This document shows, piece by piece, positions 1 to 12,911 of a DNA stretch of 64,000 bases. How positions within the stretch are numbered: position 1 is the stretch's first letter; every line of letters starts with the position of its first letter. Under the pieces are notes generated by a model. That model worked only from the letters and a program-made list of their open reading frames with translations, ran no database searches and was not told the DNA's origin. The position numbers and the translations under genes are program-made. The stretch spans positions 15,252,001 through 15,316,000 of the forward strand of contig OZ024758.1 in NCBI GenBank assembly GCA_964016885.1, given 5' to 3'. Source of the stretch: Eledone cirrhosa (lineage: Eukaryota).

Positions 1-82
1 GTGGAAGTACATTCACCTATAAAAATAATTGCTTTAATAATATATATATAAAATATATATATATAAGTAATAGGCCATCCAA

Positions 83-585
83 ACTGAGGAAGGAATGGAT
101 GTTAAACTAACAAATGAAAAAGTTATATTTTTGGTTTAAAAAAAAAAGATGTATTTTACTCTATTCTGTGTTTCGGCAGACATGATGGGGCCATGCTGGG
201 GCACTGCCATTATTTAAAACTTTCCAATCTAATTTTATGGAGGAATGGATATTAAACTAACAAATGAAAAAGTGATATTTTTGTTTTAAAAAAATATATA
301 CAATTTACTCTATTACTCAGCTGACAGGCTAAGACCATGCTGAGGCACCGCCACCATTATCTAAAAACTTACCAATGTAATTTTATGGAGGAAAAGATGT
401 TAAACTAACAAATGAAAAAGTGATATTTTTGTTTTAAAAAAATATATACAATTTACTCTATTACTCAGCTGACAGGCTAAGACCATGCTGAGGCACCGCC
501 ACCATTATCTAAAAACTTACCAATGTAATTTTATGGAGGAAAAGATGTTAAACTAACAAATGAAAAAGTGATATTTTGGGTTTAC
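83..585. repeat. ~148-150 bp tandem repeat, ~3.4 copies
   Basis: (g/a)ttaaactaacaaatgaaaaag recurs at 101, 251, 399, 547. Confidence 0.85.
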
Positions 586-995
586 TCCTTTTGCATTTAA
601 ACTGGCCATATCTGGCCAGAATTTTCTCACCTCTTTCTGTTCTAACTGGCCATAACTGGCTGTACATACTGTTATGGTATTGTTATCATCATCATCATCT
701 GTCTTCCACACTAGCATGGGTTAGATGGGTTTGTCCCATTTAGAGGCAAGTTGGGTCGGGTGACCGTGTCTTGTTCAGAGAGTTTCTAGCTGGTTTTCTA
801 TGGCCGGATACCTTTCCTAACGCCAACCACATTTACAGTGGGCAGGGTGCTTTTTTATTGACACACACACCTACAGGATCACTTCAGTGTGGACTGGATA
901 AAATAAATATCAAAATCTCATAGGTTCCATATTATGTGAGATAAAGTGATTACCATGAAAATACAATAGTAAATATAGAGTAATGTAAATGCTAA
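585..995 (-). mobile_element. piggyBac-type MITE-1 copy interrupted by an RTE 3'-UTR fragment (~685-898)
   Basis: MITE-1 body (actggccatatctggccagaatt...gagtaatgtaaatgctaaa) split by (CAT)n-ctagcatgggttaga...cctaacgccaaccac. Confidence 0.75.
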
Positions 996-1012
996 AAAAA
1001 CAAATTATATTA

Positions 1013-1220
1013 CATCATCATCATCATCGTTGAACGGCCATCTTCCATGCTAGCATGGGTTAGACGGTTTTGTTCCATTTGATGCGGAGACCATGTCTCG
1101 CTCACACAGAAGCGTCTCTGGCAGGTTTTTTACAGCTGGATGCCCTTTCTAATATCAACCACATTTACAGTGTGGACTGGGAGCCTTTTCACCGTGTCTC
1201 CTTCACGGCCACCTTACATT
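1013..1220 (-). mobile_element. RTE-LINE 3'-UTR/SINE-tail fragment
   Basis: (CAT)n tail + ccatgctagcatgggttagacgg + ctggatgccc motif shared with the LINE 3' ends at 13.6, 23.2 and 27.1 kb. Confidence 0.75.
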
Positions 1221-1654
1221 GTGGATATATTACATATATATATAGATTACATGTTCCAGGTGATAGGCTGAGGCCATGCTGGGCCACCGCCATTATCTAA
1301 AACCTTTCCAATGTAATTTTATGTAAGAATGTTGGTTTTAAATACCAGCTTAATTATATTTTCTTTGTTTGTTTGTTTTTTTAATAATACTTTCTTTAGA
1401 TAAAGTCATTTATATTATCAAATCTCCCATCAAATTTATAGGTAGTGTCTTTTCTTAGAAATACGGCAACAAATGGGTCTATTTAAGCTGTATGCTATTA
1501 GCTGCACCCTTTAAATATATTGGGTTTGTTTGCTTTTTACTTGAGGTTTAAAAGATTATTCATGGTTTAATTAACTAATGGAAGTATATCCAGGTAGGAG
1601 ATAATATATCTATCTCTTTATCTTGAAGCAATCACACATTTATGCTGATTCAAA

Positions 1655-1860
1655 TTAACCCTTTATCATTTGCATTACTCTATATTTACTATTGTATTTT
1701 CACGGTAAACACTTTATCTCATAATATCGGATCTATGAGATTTTGGTATTATTTATTTTGAGAACAATACCTTAACATCAGTACGAGCAGCCAGTTATGG
1801 CCGGTTTGAACAAAAAGAGGTGAGAGAATTCTAGCCAGATACAGCAGGTTTAAATGCTCA
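1655..1860 (+). mobile_element. piggyBac-type MITE-1
   Basis: ttaaccc...cattactctatatttactattg...ggtttaaatgct. Confidence 0.8.
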
Positions 1861-1926
1861 GAATGTAAACCCTTTTGATGCAAACCACTTGAAACCTCTC
1901 CGAGGTTCATGATATAAAACTGTGTA

Positions 1927-2224
1927 CAGTGGAACCTTGGTTTACAAATGCCTCTCATCACAAACAATGTCTCAGTTCATGAACAATGTCTCAGTTCATG
2001 AACAATGTCTGAGTTAATGAAAGGTATCTTGATTAACGAACACACAAGCCAGCAACAATGGTTGGCAACAAGCTTGGAGTAGCAGCAGGAAAGCGTCACT
2101 TGCTGTGTAGTTAGTTACTATGGCAGATTTCTGTCTTTCACACACAGTCTCTCTCATGTTCTCTCTCTCGTGCTCCACCTCCTCCCCCACCTCTTTCTCC
2201 CCCCACCTCTCTCTCGCCCCATCC

Positions 2225-2255
<31 letters not shown>

Positions 2256-2344
2256 ATATATGGGAAAAATAGTTTGTTTACAAACATTTCAGGTGACAAA
2301 CAACCTTCAGGGATGAATTAAGTTTGTGAACCGGGGTTCCAATG
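1927..2344. mobile_element. pogo/Tigger-like non-autonomous DNA transposon
   Basis: TA|CAGTGGAACCTTGGTTTAC ... GTGAACCGGGGTTCCAATG|TA imperfect TIRs with TA TSD; internal (CT)n. Confidence 0.75.
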
Positions 2345-2434
2345 TATTTTGCAGCCTTTATATTTGTCTAAAAACTTTCCATCATAATTTTATGTAAGAG
2401 CCTTTAACATCCCAAACACCAGCTTAATAATTGT

Positions 2435-2620
2435 TTCTACTTTTGGCAGAAGGCCAGCAATTATTCCAGTGTATTACTGGTACTTTATTTTATCGACCCC
2501 GTAAGGATGGAAGGCAAAGTTAACCTCGGCAGGATTTGAACTCGGATCATAAAGGGAGGTAACTCTATCCTTCAAAGCATGGCGTCCGACCCTCTACTGA
2601 TACTGCCAATCCACCGCCCT
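2435..2620 (-). mobile_element. SINE-A (tRNA-headed) inserted in a MITE-2 copy
   Basis: Reverse complement of ggcggtggattggcagtatc...gagttcaaatcc...aaaagtagaaacaatt; flanked by duplicated aacaccagcttaataat. Confidence 0.85.
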
Positions 2621-3369
2621 AACACCAGCTTAATAATGAGAAGAGAAGTCTTTTCTTGTGTTACCTCCAAATTCTTTGTTTTTTTTCAAATCATTTTGAA
2701 AACAATCCTCAGAAAAATTTAATGAAATTATTTTCTAAATTTATTGAAACTAATATGTAATGTCTTCATTGAAAGTATGGCAACAAAATGGTTAAATAGT
2801 TCTTCATGTCTTTGGTTCTAATCAACTAATGGAAATATATCCAGCTAAGGGAATTTTATCTCAGTCTTCAACAGTTAATCTTCCATTAGTGTGCATATAC
2901 ATGTCTACACACATTCACACACACTAATGTAGTTAGTGTAAACCTTATAAACAAACTTGTCTGGTTAAAAAGCCTTTTTCTAACAAAGCTAATCTTGTAT
3001 TTGTGTGCATAGGCATATGCAAAAACCTCACACATTCACACACGCTAATTTAGTTAGTATAACTCTTTAGCATTTACATTACTTTAACCCTTTAGCATTT
3101 ACATTACTTTATATTTACTATTATATTTTCACGGTAAAGGTTTTATCTCGCATAATATCAAATCCATGATATTTTGATATTATTTATTTTGTGAACAATA
3201 CCTAAAGGTTGATATAAGCGGCCGGTTACAGCCAGTTTGAACAGGAATAGGTGAAAGTATTCTTGCCGGATACAGCCAGTTTAAATATTTATTCACAAAC
3301 TCATACTGTTAAGCCTTTCTCTAACAATCTGACTTTGTTTTGTTTTGCTTTTTTGTATAGTTTACATAA

Positions 3370-3775
3370 TTAATTGGTAGAGCATTGGACACTATGCTTC
3401 ACGGTCCTTTATGTTCTTAGTTCAAATCCCATCAGGGTTAGATTTGCCTTTCATCCTTACGGGATTAATAAAGTAAAGTACCAGTAATGCACTGGATTGA
3501 TTTAATCGATTTTTTTTTTTTTTTTCCCTCTCTCAAAAAATTGCTGGCCTTGTGCCTAAATCAAAAAACATTATTAGGAAATATTTAAGGTGTTGGATTG
3601 GCTATATCGGTTGAGTGTCAGACCCCATGCTTTGCAGCATAGCTACGGCCCTTTCTGTTCTGAGTTCAAATTCCGCCGAGGTTAACTTTGCCTTTCAACC
3701 TTACGGGGTCGATAAATAAAACACCAGTAATGCACTGGGGTAATTGCTGGCCTTGTGCCAAAAGTAGGAAATCTG
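3370..3775 (+). mobile_element. Two tandem SINE-A copies
   Basis: B-box-like gttcaaat(c/t)cc + tttgcctttca(t/a)ccttacgggg...accagtaatgcactgg repeated twice. Confidence 0.8.
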
Positions 3776-4341
3776 AAGCAGTTTTAAAGAAACAAGCCTC
3801 ATTATCCCAAACGTAAGCAACAGCCATATGTCTCATGTTTGTGTTCTATTTTTAATGTTGCTCCACAAAACAAGATCTTACTCTGCTCTTTTAGTTGATA
3901 GACATTTTGTTTTTGATGCCTTAAACTTCCTGAAAGTTTCTGATTTATTGCATATGTTTATTATCTGATAATTTCAGGTTTCTCTTCAACAAACAGTTTA
4001 CGTTTTCTTCTTTTCTTCGTATTAACATAACCATTTCTAAAAGCAGCCCTTAATAGCTTGCTATCTATATACCAGCTGTTAACCTACAACTGTGAGTTAC
4101 TACATAATGGACATCATAACATTTTGTTGTTGTTGTTGTGATTATTTTAAGGTGGAGTGTTCTTGCTTGCTTATCTAGGAGGAAAAGTAGAGCCTGTTGT
4201 ACTTGTTGACTCCCCGAGACTAGGGAAATAACTGATACTCTTCCTAAACCCTTTTGATACCACATTGCTTCATTGCTTGATACTATCCCTGGTTCTATGA
4301 TACAAAGCTGTTTATTTTAAGGTGTTTATATTCGTCTAAGA

Positions 4342-4718
4342 CAGAGGCTCTCAAAGTGGGCACTACTGCTCTCTGGGGTGCATTGAGAAGGTCCAGTGGG
4401 GCGCTGCAGCCTAAGGGAGTGGTATATTATATACCAACCTTGCCTCAAGTGGGACAACTCCCGTCTAACCCATGCTAGCATAGTAGATGGACGTTAAACG
4501 AAGATGATGATGACATATTATATATAGAGTAAAAAATATATTTATTTATACATAGCATATATTATATTATTTATTATATGTAAATTAACGATTTTATTTA
4601 TTATATATTATTTACAATTTGCGTGTAGACATGTCTCTCTGGAAATAAGGTTGGGGAGCACTGAGGGTATTGCATGACCGTGAGGGGGGTGGGGGCCCTA
4701 AAAGTTTGAGAACTTCTG
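4342..4718. mobile_element. hAT (Charlie-like) MITE
   Basis: TIR cagaggctctcaaa/tttgagaacttctg; 8-bp TSD gtctaaga/atctaaga; carries an RTE tail at ~4436-4515. Confidence 0.75.
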
Positions 4719-4753
4719 ATCTAAGAAACTTCCATCAAGTTATATGTAAGAAT

Positions 4754-5027
4754 CGGGGGCGAAGGGTCCGTGCATGCATTATAGAATCTTGATTGATCAA
4801 TTGCATCGGTTGAAGCAAGCAGAATTTTGGGTGCTTACTAAATCGTATAGACACAAAAAATAACACGCGCACGCACGCACGCACACTAGATAACACTACA
4901 TGCGGCTTTGACCGGGAGGGCCATTTAGAGGGAATTGGGGGTGGGGATAGGTAAGGCTGCACAGCCCCACTTTCCGCCATTGCGATTGGACTGCATGCCC
5001 TGCTTTCCAGGTCACCCTTCGCCACTG
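4754..5027. mobile_element. hAT-like MITE
   Basis: TIR cgggggcgaagggt/acccttcgccactg; near 8-bp TSD gtaagaat/ggaagaac. Confidence 0.6.
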
Positions 5028-5179
5028 GGAAGAACCTTTGTCATGTCTCGTACACCAGCTTAATAAAATTAATTCTATCTTTTGCTATCCCTCTAAAAAT
5101 TCTTGATTATTTTCAAAATTAATAGAAAACCACAGGTAGTTTCTTTCATTAGAAATATGGGGACAAAAGGGTTGGTTTT

Positions 5180-5300
5180 GCATATAAAAGCTTGTAGGAA
5201 AAACTAAAACGGGGAGTGAATTCCAAATGGTCATTGTTCTGGTCAGGAAAGACTGGCCAGAGTGGTTAGTCCAGTATGATGAGGGAAGGAGGGATGGCAG
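5180..5300 (-). pseudogene. Decayed CR1/Jockey-type LINE ORF2 C-terminus
   Basis: Translation SFLTRTMTIWNSLPVLVFP matches the SF..RT...WNSLP..VFP end motif of these LINEs. Confidence 0.55.
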
Positions 5301-5499
5301 TAATTTTTCTGGCTCTTTATGTTCTGATTTCAAATAGCTTCACAAGGTTTATTGTTAAAAACGTTAGACTGGAAACCAAATTATGGTTTCTTGTCCAAGC
5401 TAGACATTTCCACATAGGATCAATACATCACTGAAATTTAATTGGCTGTGGAGAGTTTAATAATTGTTTTAAAGAATCATATTTCTTCTTCCATTTAAA

Positions 5500-5650
5500 G
5501 TTTTTCCTTTTTTCCCCTTTTTTCCTTTTCTTTTTTCTTTCTTTTCCTTTCCTTTTTTCTTTTTTACTTTCCCCTTTTTCTTTTTTTTCCTTTTCTTTTC
5601 CTTTTTTCTTTTTTTTCTTTTTTTTCTTTTTTTCATTTTCTTTTTTCTTA
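5500..5650. repeat. Polypyrimidine (T/C) low-complexity tract
   Basis: ~150 bp of almost only T and C. Confidence 0.9.
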
Positions 5651-5974
5651 TAGGTTTATTTATTTATTTGAATTCGAAATCTCTGGAGATAATTGATTTT
5701 TCTGGACCCCCCCCCCCCCCCATCTTGTTTAATCTAGTTCTGTTTCTATTATTATTATTATATATTTCATTCCGATTATATAATTCTATATTCTGCTAAA
5801 TAGTTGTTTTAGAAATTACTATTATTATTATTATGTTTTTTTTTTTTTTAAATAAAATTAAAATAAAAAACAAGCAATCGCCCTTTAATACATTTTAATT
5901 AAGAAATAATACAATTAATTATTAAATTGTTTCACATTGTGAATTTACTTTTGCAAAGTTTGTGTTTAGTGTGT

Positions 5975-6335
5975 TGGTGTGTGTGTGCCTGTATATGTTG
6001 TATATACATATATATATATGTACGTGTACCTATATATGTATGGATATATATATATATATGTATGGATATATATATATATATGTATGGATATATATATATA
6101 TATGTATGGATATATATATATATGTATGGATATATATATATTGTATGTATGCGTATATGCATATATGTACGTACTTGTATATATGTATGGATATATATAT
6201 ATATGTATGCACACATATACATGTGTGTATATGTTTGTTTATCTGTACCTATATATGTATTCACATGTGTGTGTCTGTGTCTGTGTGCGTATATGTATAT
6301 ATGTGTGCATATATGTGTGTGTGTGTGTGTGTATG
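5975..6335. repeat. (TA)n/(TG)n compound microsatellite
   Basis: Direct inspection; source of the YI/CV/HT ORFs. Confidence 0.95.
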
Positions 6336-7885
6336 TACGATAAAAATGTATCAAACAAGACATTTATCTTGCTTTAGGCAACTATTATTGTGAAATAAAG
6401 TTGATTACTGTTCAAAATAACATTAGTGGGATAGCAAACGATGTTTGAAGATTGGCTTATAGGTATTAATATACCAGTATACACACACACACACACACAT
6501 GCATATATACATACACACAACACATATTTACATATATATCCCATATAGATAGATAGATATATATAGTAGGTATTGATATCCAAGCAAATAGAAAATTAAG
6601 TCAGTTTAGTACATAATATATATAATAAATATAATAAATAATATATATAATATATATATATATGTAAATAATATATATATATTATATAAATAATATATAT
6701 ATATATATATTTCTACATCTACCTTAATGTTATTATAGTATATTTTCTATATCCTTTCAATCTATCTTTTAAATTATAAAAACCAAACAAAAAATGATTT
6801 ATGAATTTGAAGACTTATCTTTATATTATTTCTACTCTTTTTTTTTTTTTTGTATTGTTGAATGGGAAAATGATGATGATGATGATTGAATAAAAATTAT
6901 TCTTCAGTTTCTAGAATATTCTTGTTTAAATAAAACCTTTTCTAGAAACAAAACTTTTGATATTAAAAACCCAAACTTGTATTTATTTTTATGAAACAAA
7001 AGCATTCATTTTAATCCCTTTGGTACCAAAACATCTCCTGATTATATAATATTAAAATAAATGTTTTAAAATGTTTCTATTTATCTAAAAATATCCCATT
7101 ATAATTTTATATAAGATTATTTAAACCTTTAGTTACCAACCCAATCAAAACCAGCTCTGCTTCTATGAAATAAAATCACCCATTTTAAAGGTTTCTAATT
7201 TAAATTAAAATCTTCCAACATAATTTTATATAAGAATATTTAAACGTTTAGTTACCAACCCAGGCCATAACCAGCTCTGGTTCTATGAAATAAAATCACC
7301 TATTTTAAAGATTTCTAATTTAAATTAAAATCGTCCAGCATAATTTTATATAAGAACCTTACATTAAGTTATCTTAGTAATGAAATAATTAAAATACTGT
7401 GTTATTAATTAAAAATGCAATCATGAAAGGGTCAAAACAAACTGTTTTGTATTATAAAATCAGAGGCAGTTTGATATTAAAAGTGTTAAGCAGATGTTTA
7501 GAACATAACTTAAAGATTCTTACATAAAATTAAGATGACGGGCTAAAAGGTTTTTAGATAAATATAATCACTTTAAAATAAACAGTTTTTTGCATTTTAA
7601 AACAACCCTGGTTTCAGGTGGTATCTAAAGAGTTATTTTCATTTTCTTTTAATATTTCAAGCCAAAGAAGAGTTTGGTGTGAGTGGGAGCTAATGGGCTT
7701 TTATTAATATTTTTTATGGTTTCTTTACAATATTCTGTTCCCTATATTTTTAGTTTTGTTTATCTATCCATGGCTATCTGTTTAAGTTCAGAGTTACAGA
7801 AGTAGCAACAGCAGCAGCAGTAACAGATTTTTGTTCCATTCAGCTGGAAACTTGGTATAAGCTAGGTAGATAGATGCTAGGATAT

Positions 7886-8000
7886 TTGGCTGGCTGGTTG
7901 GTTGGTTGGTTGGCTGGCTGGCTGGTTGGTTGGTTGGTTAGGATGGTTGGTTGGTTGGCTGGCTGGTTGGTTGGCTGGCTGGTTGGTTGGCTGATGGTTG
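7886..8000. repeat. (TGGT/TGGC)n microsatellite
   Basis: Direct inspection. Confidence 0.9.
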
Positions 8001-8230
8001 TATTGATCCTATCTTCCTGTTGTTGAATAACAAAACCTAGCTAGTTTAGGAACAGCAGCTTCTTCTACCTTCCTCTTTCACACCCTTCTGTTGCTCTGTT
8101 CTGCTGCACCAGGTCTGTGTCTGTCTTCTGTAAACTGTCAGCTGTGTTAAGAAGTGAGAAGGAAGAGACAACGAAAGAGGCTTGTTAGTGTCTATCATGT
8201 AGCAGAAACACCGCCTCATCATTTCAGTCA

Positions 8231-8628
8231 TAAGCCTTTACCATTTACATTATTCTATGGATTGGCAGTATCGGTAGAGGGTCGGACGCCATGCTTTCCA
8301 GCATAGAGTTACGTCCCTTTACGATCTGAGTTCAAATCCCGCCGCGGTTAACTTTACCTTTCATCCTTACGGGGGTCGATAAAATAAAGTACCAGTAATA
8401 TACTGAGATAATTGCTGGCCTTGTGCCAAAAGTAGAAACAATTATTCTATATTTACTATTGTATTTTCATAGTGAAGGCTTTACCTCACATAACATCGAA
8501 TCTGAGATTTTAATGTTATTTATATTGAGAACAATACCTTAACAGCAGTATGAGTGCCCGGTTACAGCCGGTTTGAAAGAGGTGACAATTATGGCCAGGT
8601 ACAGTCGGTTTAAATGCTAAAGGGTTAA
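8231..8628 (+). mobile_element. MITE-1 with nested SINE-A (8259-8440)
   Basis: 10-bp TSD attattctat at 8249-8258 and 8441-8450; MITE ends taaatgctaaagggttaa. Confidence 0.9.
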
Positions 8629-8733
8629 TACTGCAAAATTTGACAGTAATTTGCCTGCTTTAAATTAATTTTAATGTCCTGTACCACATGAAACCACATT
8701 AGGAGCTACATAAAAAAAAACTAACACCTTTAC

Positions 8734-8962
8734 TTTAACCCTTTAGCATTTACATCACTTTATGTATCCTATTGTATTTTTGTGGTAAAGGCTTTACCTT
8801 ACATAACTACATCACATAATATTGAATCTACAAGATTTTAGTGGTATTTACTTTGAGAACAATACCTTAATGTCAGTATGAGCAACCAGTTATGGCAGTT
8901 TGAACAGTAAGAGGTGAGAAAATTCTGGTCGGATATGACCGGTTTAAATGTTAAAGGGTTAA
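8734..8962 (+). mobile_element. Full-length piggyBac-type MITE-1
   Basis: TTAA|CCCTTTAGCATTTA ... TAAATGTTAAAGGG|TTAA. Confidence 0.9.
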
Positions 8963-8989
8963 TAAATAGTATGGTAGTTAGAAGAATAC

Positions 8990-9174
8990 TTAATAATAAT
9001 TAAATTATTGTGTAAAGTGCTCAGGTGCACTACAACTCGTCAAAGGTGTATGTATAGTACATAGAATAATACACAAATGTCAGGGAAGTACATGTGTATG
9101 TGTTAGCTGTAGTGTTGGCAGATCTCGGGAAGCATGGAGGCCTTAAAGGATGCAGTGTCTCGACAGTTAACAAC
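8990..9174 (-). mobile_element. Dispersed repeat, probably a LINE 3' end (second copy ~11950-12110)
   Basis: gtgctcaggtgcactacaactc(g/a)tcaaaggtg shared by both loci; (TAA)n tail at left end. Confidence 0.55.
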
Positions 9175-9559
9175 TTGGAAGAGTTTGTCAGAGAAACCAA
9201 TTAGATGTTTGATAAATAGCTACAACTGTAGTAAGGAATATAACTATCAAATATGCAAAATTTCACAGTAACTTGTCCATTAGTGAAGATACTATAAACA
9301 TTTAAATTCTGAGAATTCTGACCAGATACGGCCGGTTTAAATACTAAAGGGTTAATGTCAGTTCATTGTTTTATATCATTCTACATACAAAATTCGAAAA
9401 CTGTTAACACCCCACACACACACACACACACTCATATATACACAAACACACACGTGCACACACATCCAATGTTACTAGTTAAATTAGTAGTAAAACCATT
9501 ATTCACTTTAATGAAAGAAGAGCGTGGATATTATTCATTACACCTATACACAGGAGAGT

Positions 9560-9562
9560 AAA

Positions 9563-9604
<42 letters not shown>

Positions 9605-11090
9605 TGTGTGTATATATGTATATATATATATAGTGTGTGTATATATGTATATATATATATATAGTGTGTGTATATATGTATATATATATAGTGTGTATAT
9701 ATGTATATATATAGTGTGTGTATATATGTATATATATAATGTGTGTATATATGTATATATATAGTGTGTGTATATATGTATATATATAGTGTGTGTATAT
9801 ATGTATATATATAGTGTGTGTATATATGTATATATATATAGTGTGTGTATATATGTATATATATATAGTGTGTGTATATATGTATATATATATAGTGTGT
9901 GTATATATGTATATATATATATAGTGTGTGTATATATGTATATATATATAGTGTGTGTATATATGTATATATATAGTGTGTATATATGTATATATATATA
10001 GTGTGTGTGTATATATGTATATATATATAGTGTGTGTATATATGTATATATATATAGTGTGTGTATATATGTATATATATAGTGTGTGTATATATGTATA
10101 TATATAGTGTGTGTATATATGTATATATATATAGTGTGTGTATATATGTATATATATATAGTGTGTGTATATATGTATATATATATAGTGTGTGTATATA
10201 TGTATATATATATAGTGTGTGTATATATGTATATATATAGTGTGTGTATATATGTATATATATAGTGTGTGTATATATGTATATATATATAGTGTGTGTA
10301 TATATGTATATATATATAGTGTGTGTATATATGTATATATATATAGTGTGTGTATATATGTATATATATATAGTGTGTGTATATATGTATATATATAGTG
10401 TGTGTATATATGTATATATATATAGTGTGTGTATATATGTATATATATATAGTGTGTGTATGTATATATATAGTGTGTGTGTATATATGTATATATATAG
10501 TGTGTGTGTATATATGTATATATATATATATATAGTGTGTGTGTATATATGTATATATATATATATATAGTGTGTGTGTATATATGTATATATATATATA
10601 TAGTGTGTGTGTGTATATATGTATATATATATATATAGTGTGTGTGTATATATGTATATATATATATATATAGTGTGTGTGTATATATGTATATATATAT
10701 ATATATAGTGTGTGTGTATATATGTATATATATATATATATAGTGTGTGTGTATATATGTATATATATATATATATAATGTGTGTGTATATATGTATATA
10801 TATATATATAGTGTGTGTGTGTATATATGTATATATATATAATGTGTGTGTATATATGTATATATATATAATGTGTGTGTATATATGTATGTATATAATG
10901 TGTGTGTATATATGTATGTATATATGTATATATATATGTGTGTGTATATATGTATATATATATAATGTGTGTGTATATATGTATATATATATGTGTGTGT
11001 ATATATGTATATATAGTGTGAATATATATAGCGTGTATATATATATATATAGTGTGTGTATATATATAGTGTGTGTATATATATATATAT
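9560..11090. repeat. 1.5-kb compound microsatellite (gtgtgtgtatatatgtatatatata)n
   Basis: Direct inspection; explains the 531-aa spurious ORF. Confidence 0.95.
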
Positions 11091-11370
11091 AAAGAACTTT
11101 AGCCTTCACTATTATGGCTTGGTGAAGCCTATTTTTCATTTAGTTTCTCGTTTAGCAACCGGTTATTCATATCCATCTCTAGAGACTTAATAATGAGGCT
11201 ATTTCAGTGTTGTTCTGTAACAGAACTTTCAGTAATATAAAGAACCAAGCGACTTCACTAAATTTTCTACATTTCTATTTTAACGCTTTCATTACCAATA
11301 TTTCTAATGAAAGAAGCTGCATGTGATTTTCAAATCATTTTGAAAATGATCAAGAATTTGGAGAGATTTA

Positions 11371-11597
11371 TGAACCCTTTATCTTTTAAACCGGCTATAT
11401 CCGGCGAGAATTCTCTCACCTCTTTCTGTACAAACTGGCTGTAACCAGCCGCTCTTATTGACGTTAGGGTATTGTTCTCAAAATGAATTATAACATCATC
11501 AAAATCTTGTAGATTTGATATTATGTGAGATAAAGCCTTTACCACAAAAATACCATTAGTATATATATATAGAGTAATGTAAATGCTAAAGAGTTAA
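11371..11597 (-). mobile_element. MITE-1 nested within a MITE-2 copy (~11278-11735)
   Basis: tgaacccttt...taaatgctaaagagttaa inside ttaacgctttcattacca...tttggtatcaaaagaattt. Confidence 0.7.
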
Positions 11598-12109
11598 GCT
11601 GTTTAAACTTAATAAAGGTTCTTTTAAGAACTATGATGGAAGGTTTTTAGATAAATATAAACACTTTAAAATAAACATTTGTTGTATAGCGGAACCTGTT
11701 TTGTTTCAGGTAGTTTGGTATCAAAAGAATTTAGACATTTTTTTAACTTTTTAAGAATTCTGTGTTAATTCTTTTGATATAATACTAAAAATGGTTTCTT
11801 ATATAGGCACAAGGCCAGCAATTTTGGGGCAGGGGAAAGTCAATTAAATCGACCCCAGTGCGTGACTGGTACTTTATTTTATCGACCCCATAAGGATGAA
11901 AGGCAAAGTTAACCTCGGCGGGATTTCAACTCAGATGATATAATACTAATACTAATAATGAAATTTATTGTGTACAGTGCTCAGGTGCACTACAACTCAT
12001 CAAAGGTGCATGTATAGTGCATAGAATAATGTACAAATGTCAGGAAAATGAACAGTGTATGAGTCATGAAATATGTGTGTGCGTGTTTGATATCAAGATG
12101 CCTGAAATT

Positions 12110-12800
12110 GTTGCCAGGTTCTTTCCTGAGACATTCTAACCACATGCCCATAGTACCGGAGCTGTGATCTCTCAATGCGGAGAAGTAACAGCTCTACCAG
12201 GAGTGACTCTCTGAGCTACAAATCTATCCAGCGATTAACCACATGCCCATAGTACCGGAGCTGTGATCTCATGATTCGGAGAAGTAGCTGCTCTACCTGG
12301 AGTGACTCTCTGATCTCTGAGCTACATACTCTACCTGGAGTGACTCTGATCTCCAAGCTACATACTCTACCTGGAGTGACTCTCTGAGCTACATACTCTA
12401 CCTGGAGTGACTTTCTGATCTCTGAGCTACATACTCTACCTGGAGTGACTCTGATCTCCAAGCTACATACTCTACCTGGAGTGACTCTCTGAGCTACATA
12501 CTCTACCTGGAGTGACTCTCTGATCTCTGAGCTACATACTCTACTTGGAGTGACTCTCTGATCTCTGAGCTACATACTCTACCTGGAGTGACTCTCTGAT
12601 CTCTGAGCTACATACTCTACCTGGAGTGACTCTCTGATCTCTGAGCTACATACTCTACCTGGAGTGACACTCTGATCTCTGAGCTACATACTCTACCTGG
12701 AGTGACACTCTGATCTCTGAGCTACATACCTACCTGGAGTGACACTCTGATCTCTGAGCTACTTACTCTAACCATGTGCTACACATTCTAACCACATACC
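12110..12800 (-). repeat. RTE (Expander/Rex3-like) coding fragment with a 38-bp minisatellite expansion
   Basis: Unit tctctgatctctgagctacatactctacctggagtgac (ggagtgac at 12547, 12585); minus-strand translation SSEIRESLQVEQLLLRIMRSQLRYYGHVV. Confidence 0.8.
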
Positions 12801-12911
12801 TGTAAGCAGTGTCTTTAATTAAAAATGTGGTAATGAAAGGGTTAATAAAGATTTTTACTTTTCTATCATTCAATAACAAATGCAATAGAGCAGCTTGCAT
12901 TTATTAGTTTA

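Larger units (their letters stand above)
4246..5172 (+). mobile_element. piggyBac-type MITE-2 hosting two nested hAT-like insertions
   Basis: Left end cccttttgatacc, right end agaaatatggggacaaaaggg; MITE-2 body resumes after each insertion. Confidence 0.65.

Noticed and set aside
9544-11139. 531-aa ORF and similar long ORFs at 5.9, 35.4, 42.4-44.4, 52.1, 58.2 and 60.5-62.7 kb
   Set aside because: Translations are YI/HT/CV dipeptide runs from (TA)n/(CA)n/(TG)n microsatellites that lack stops by composition
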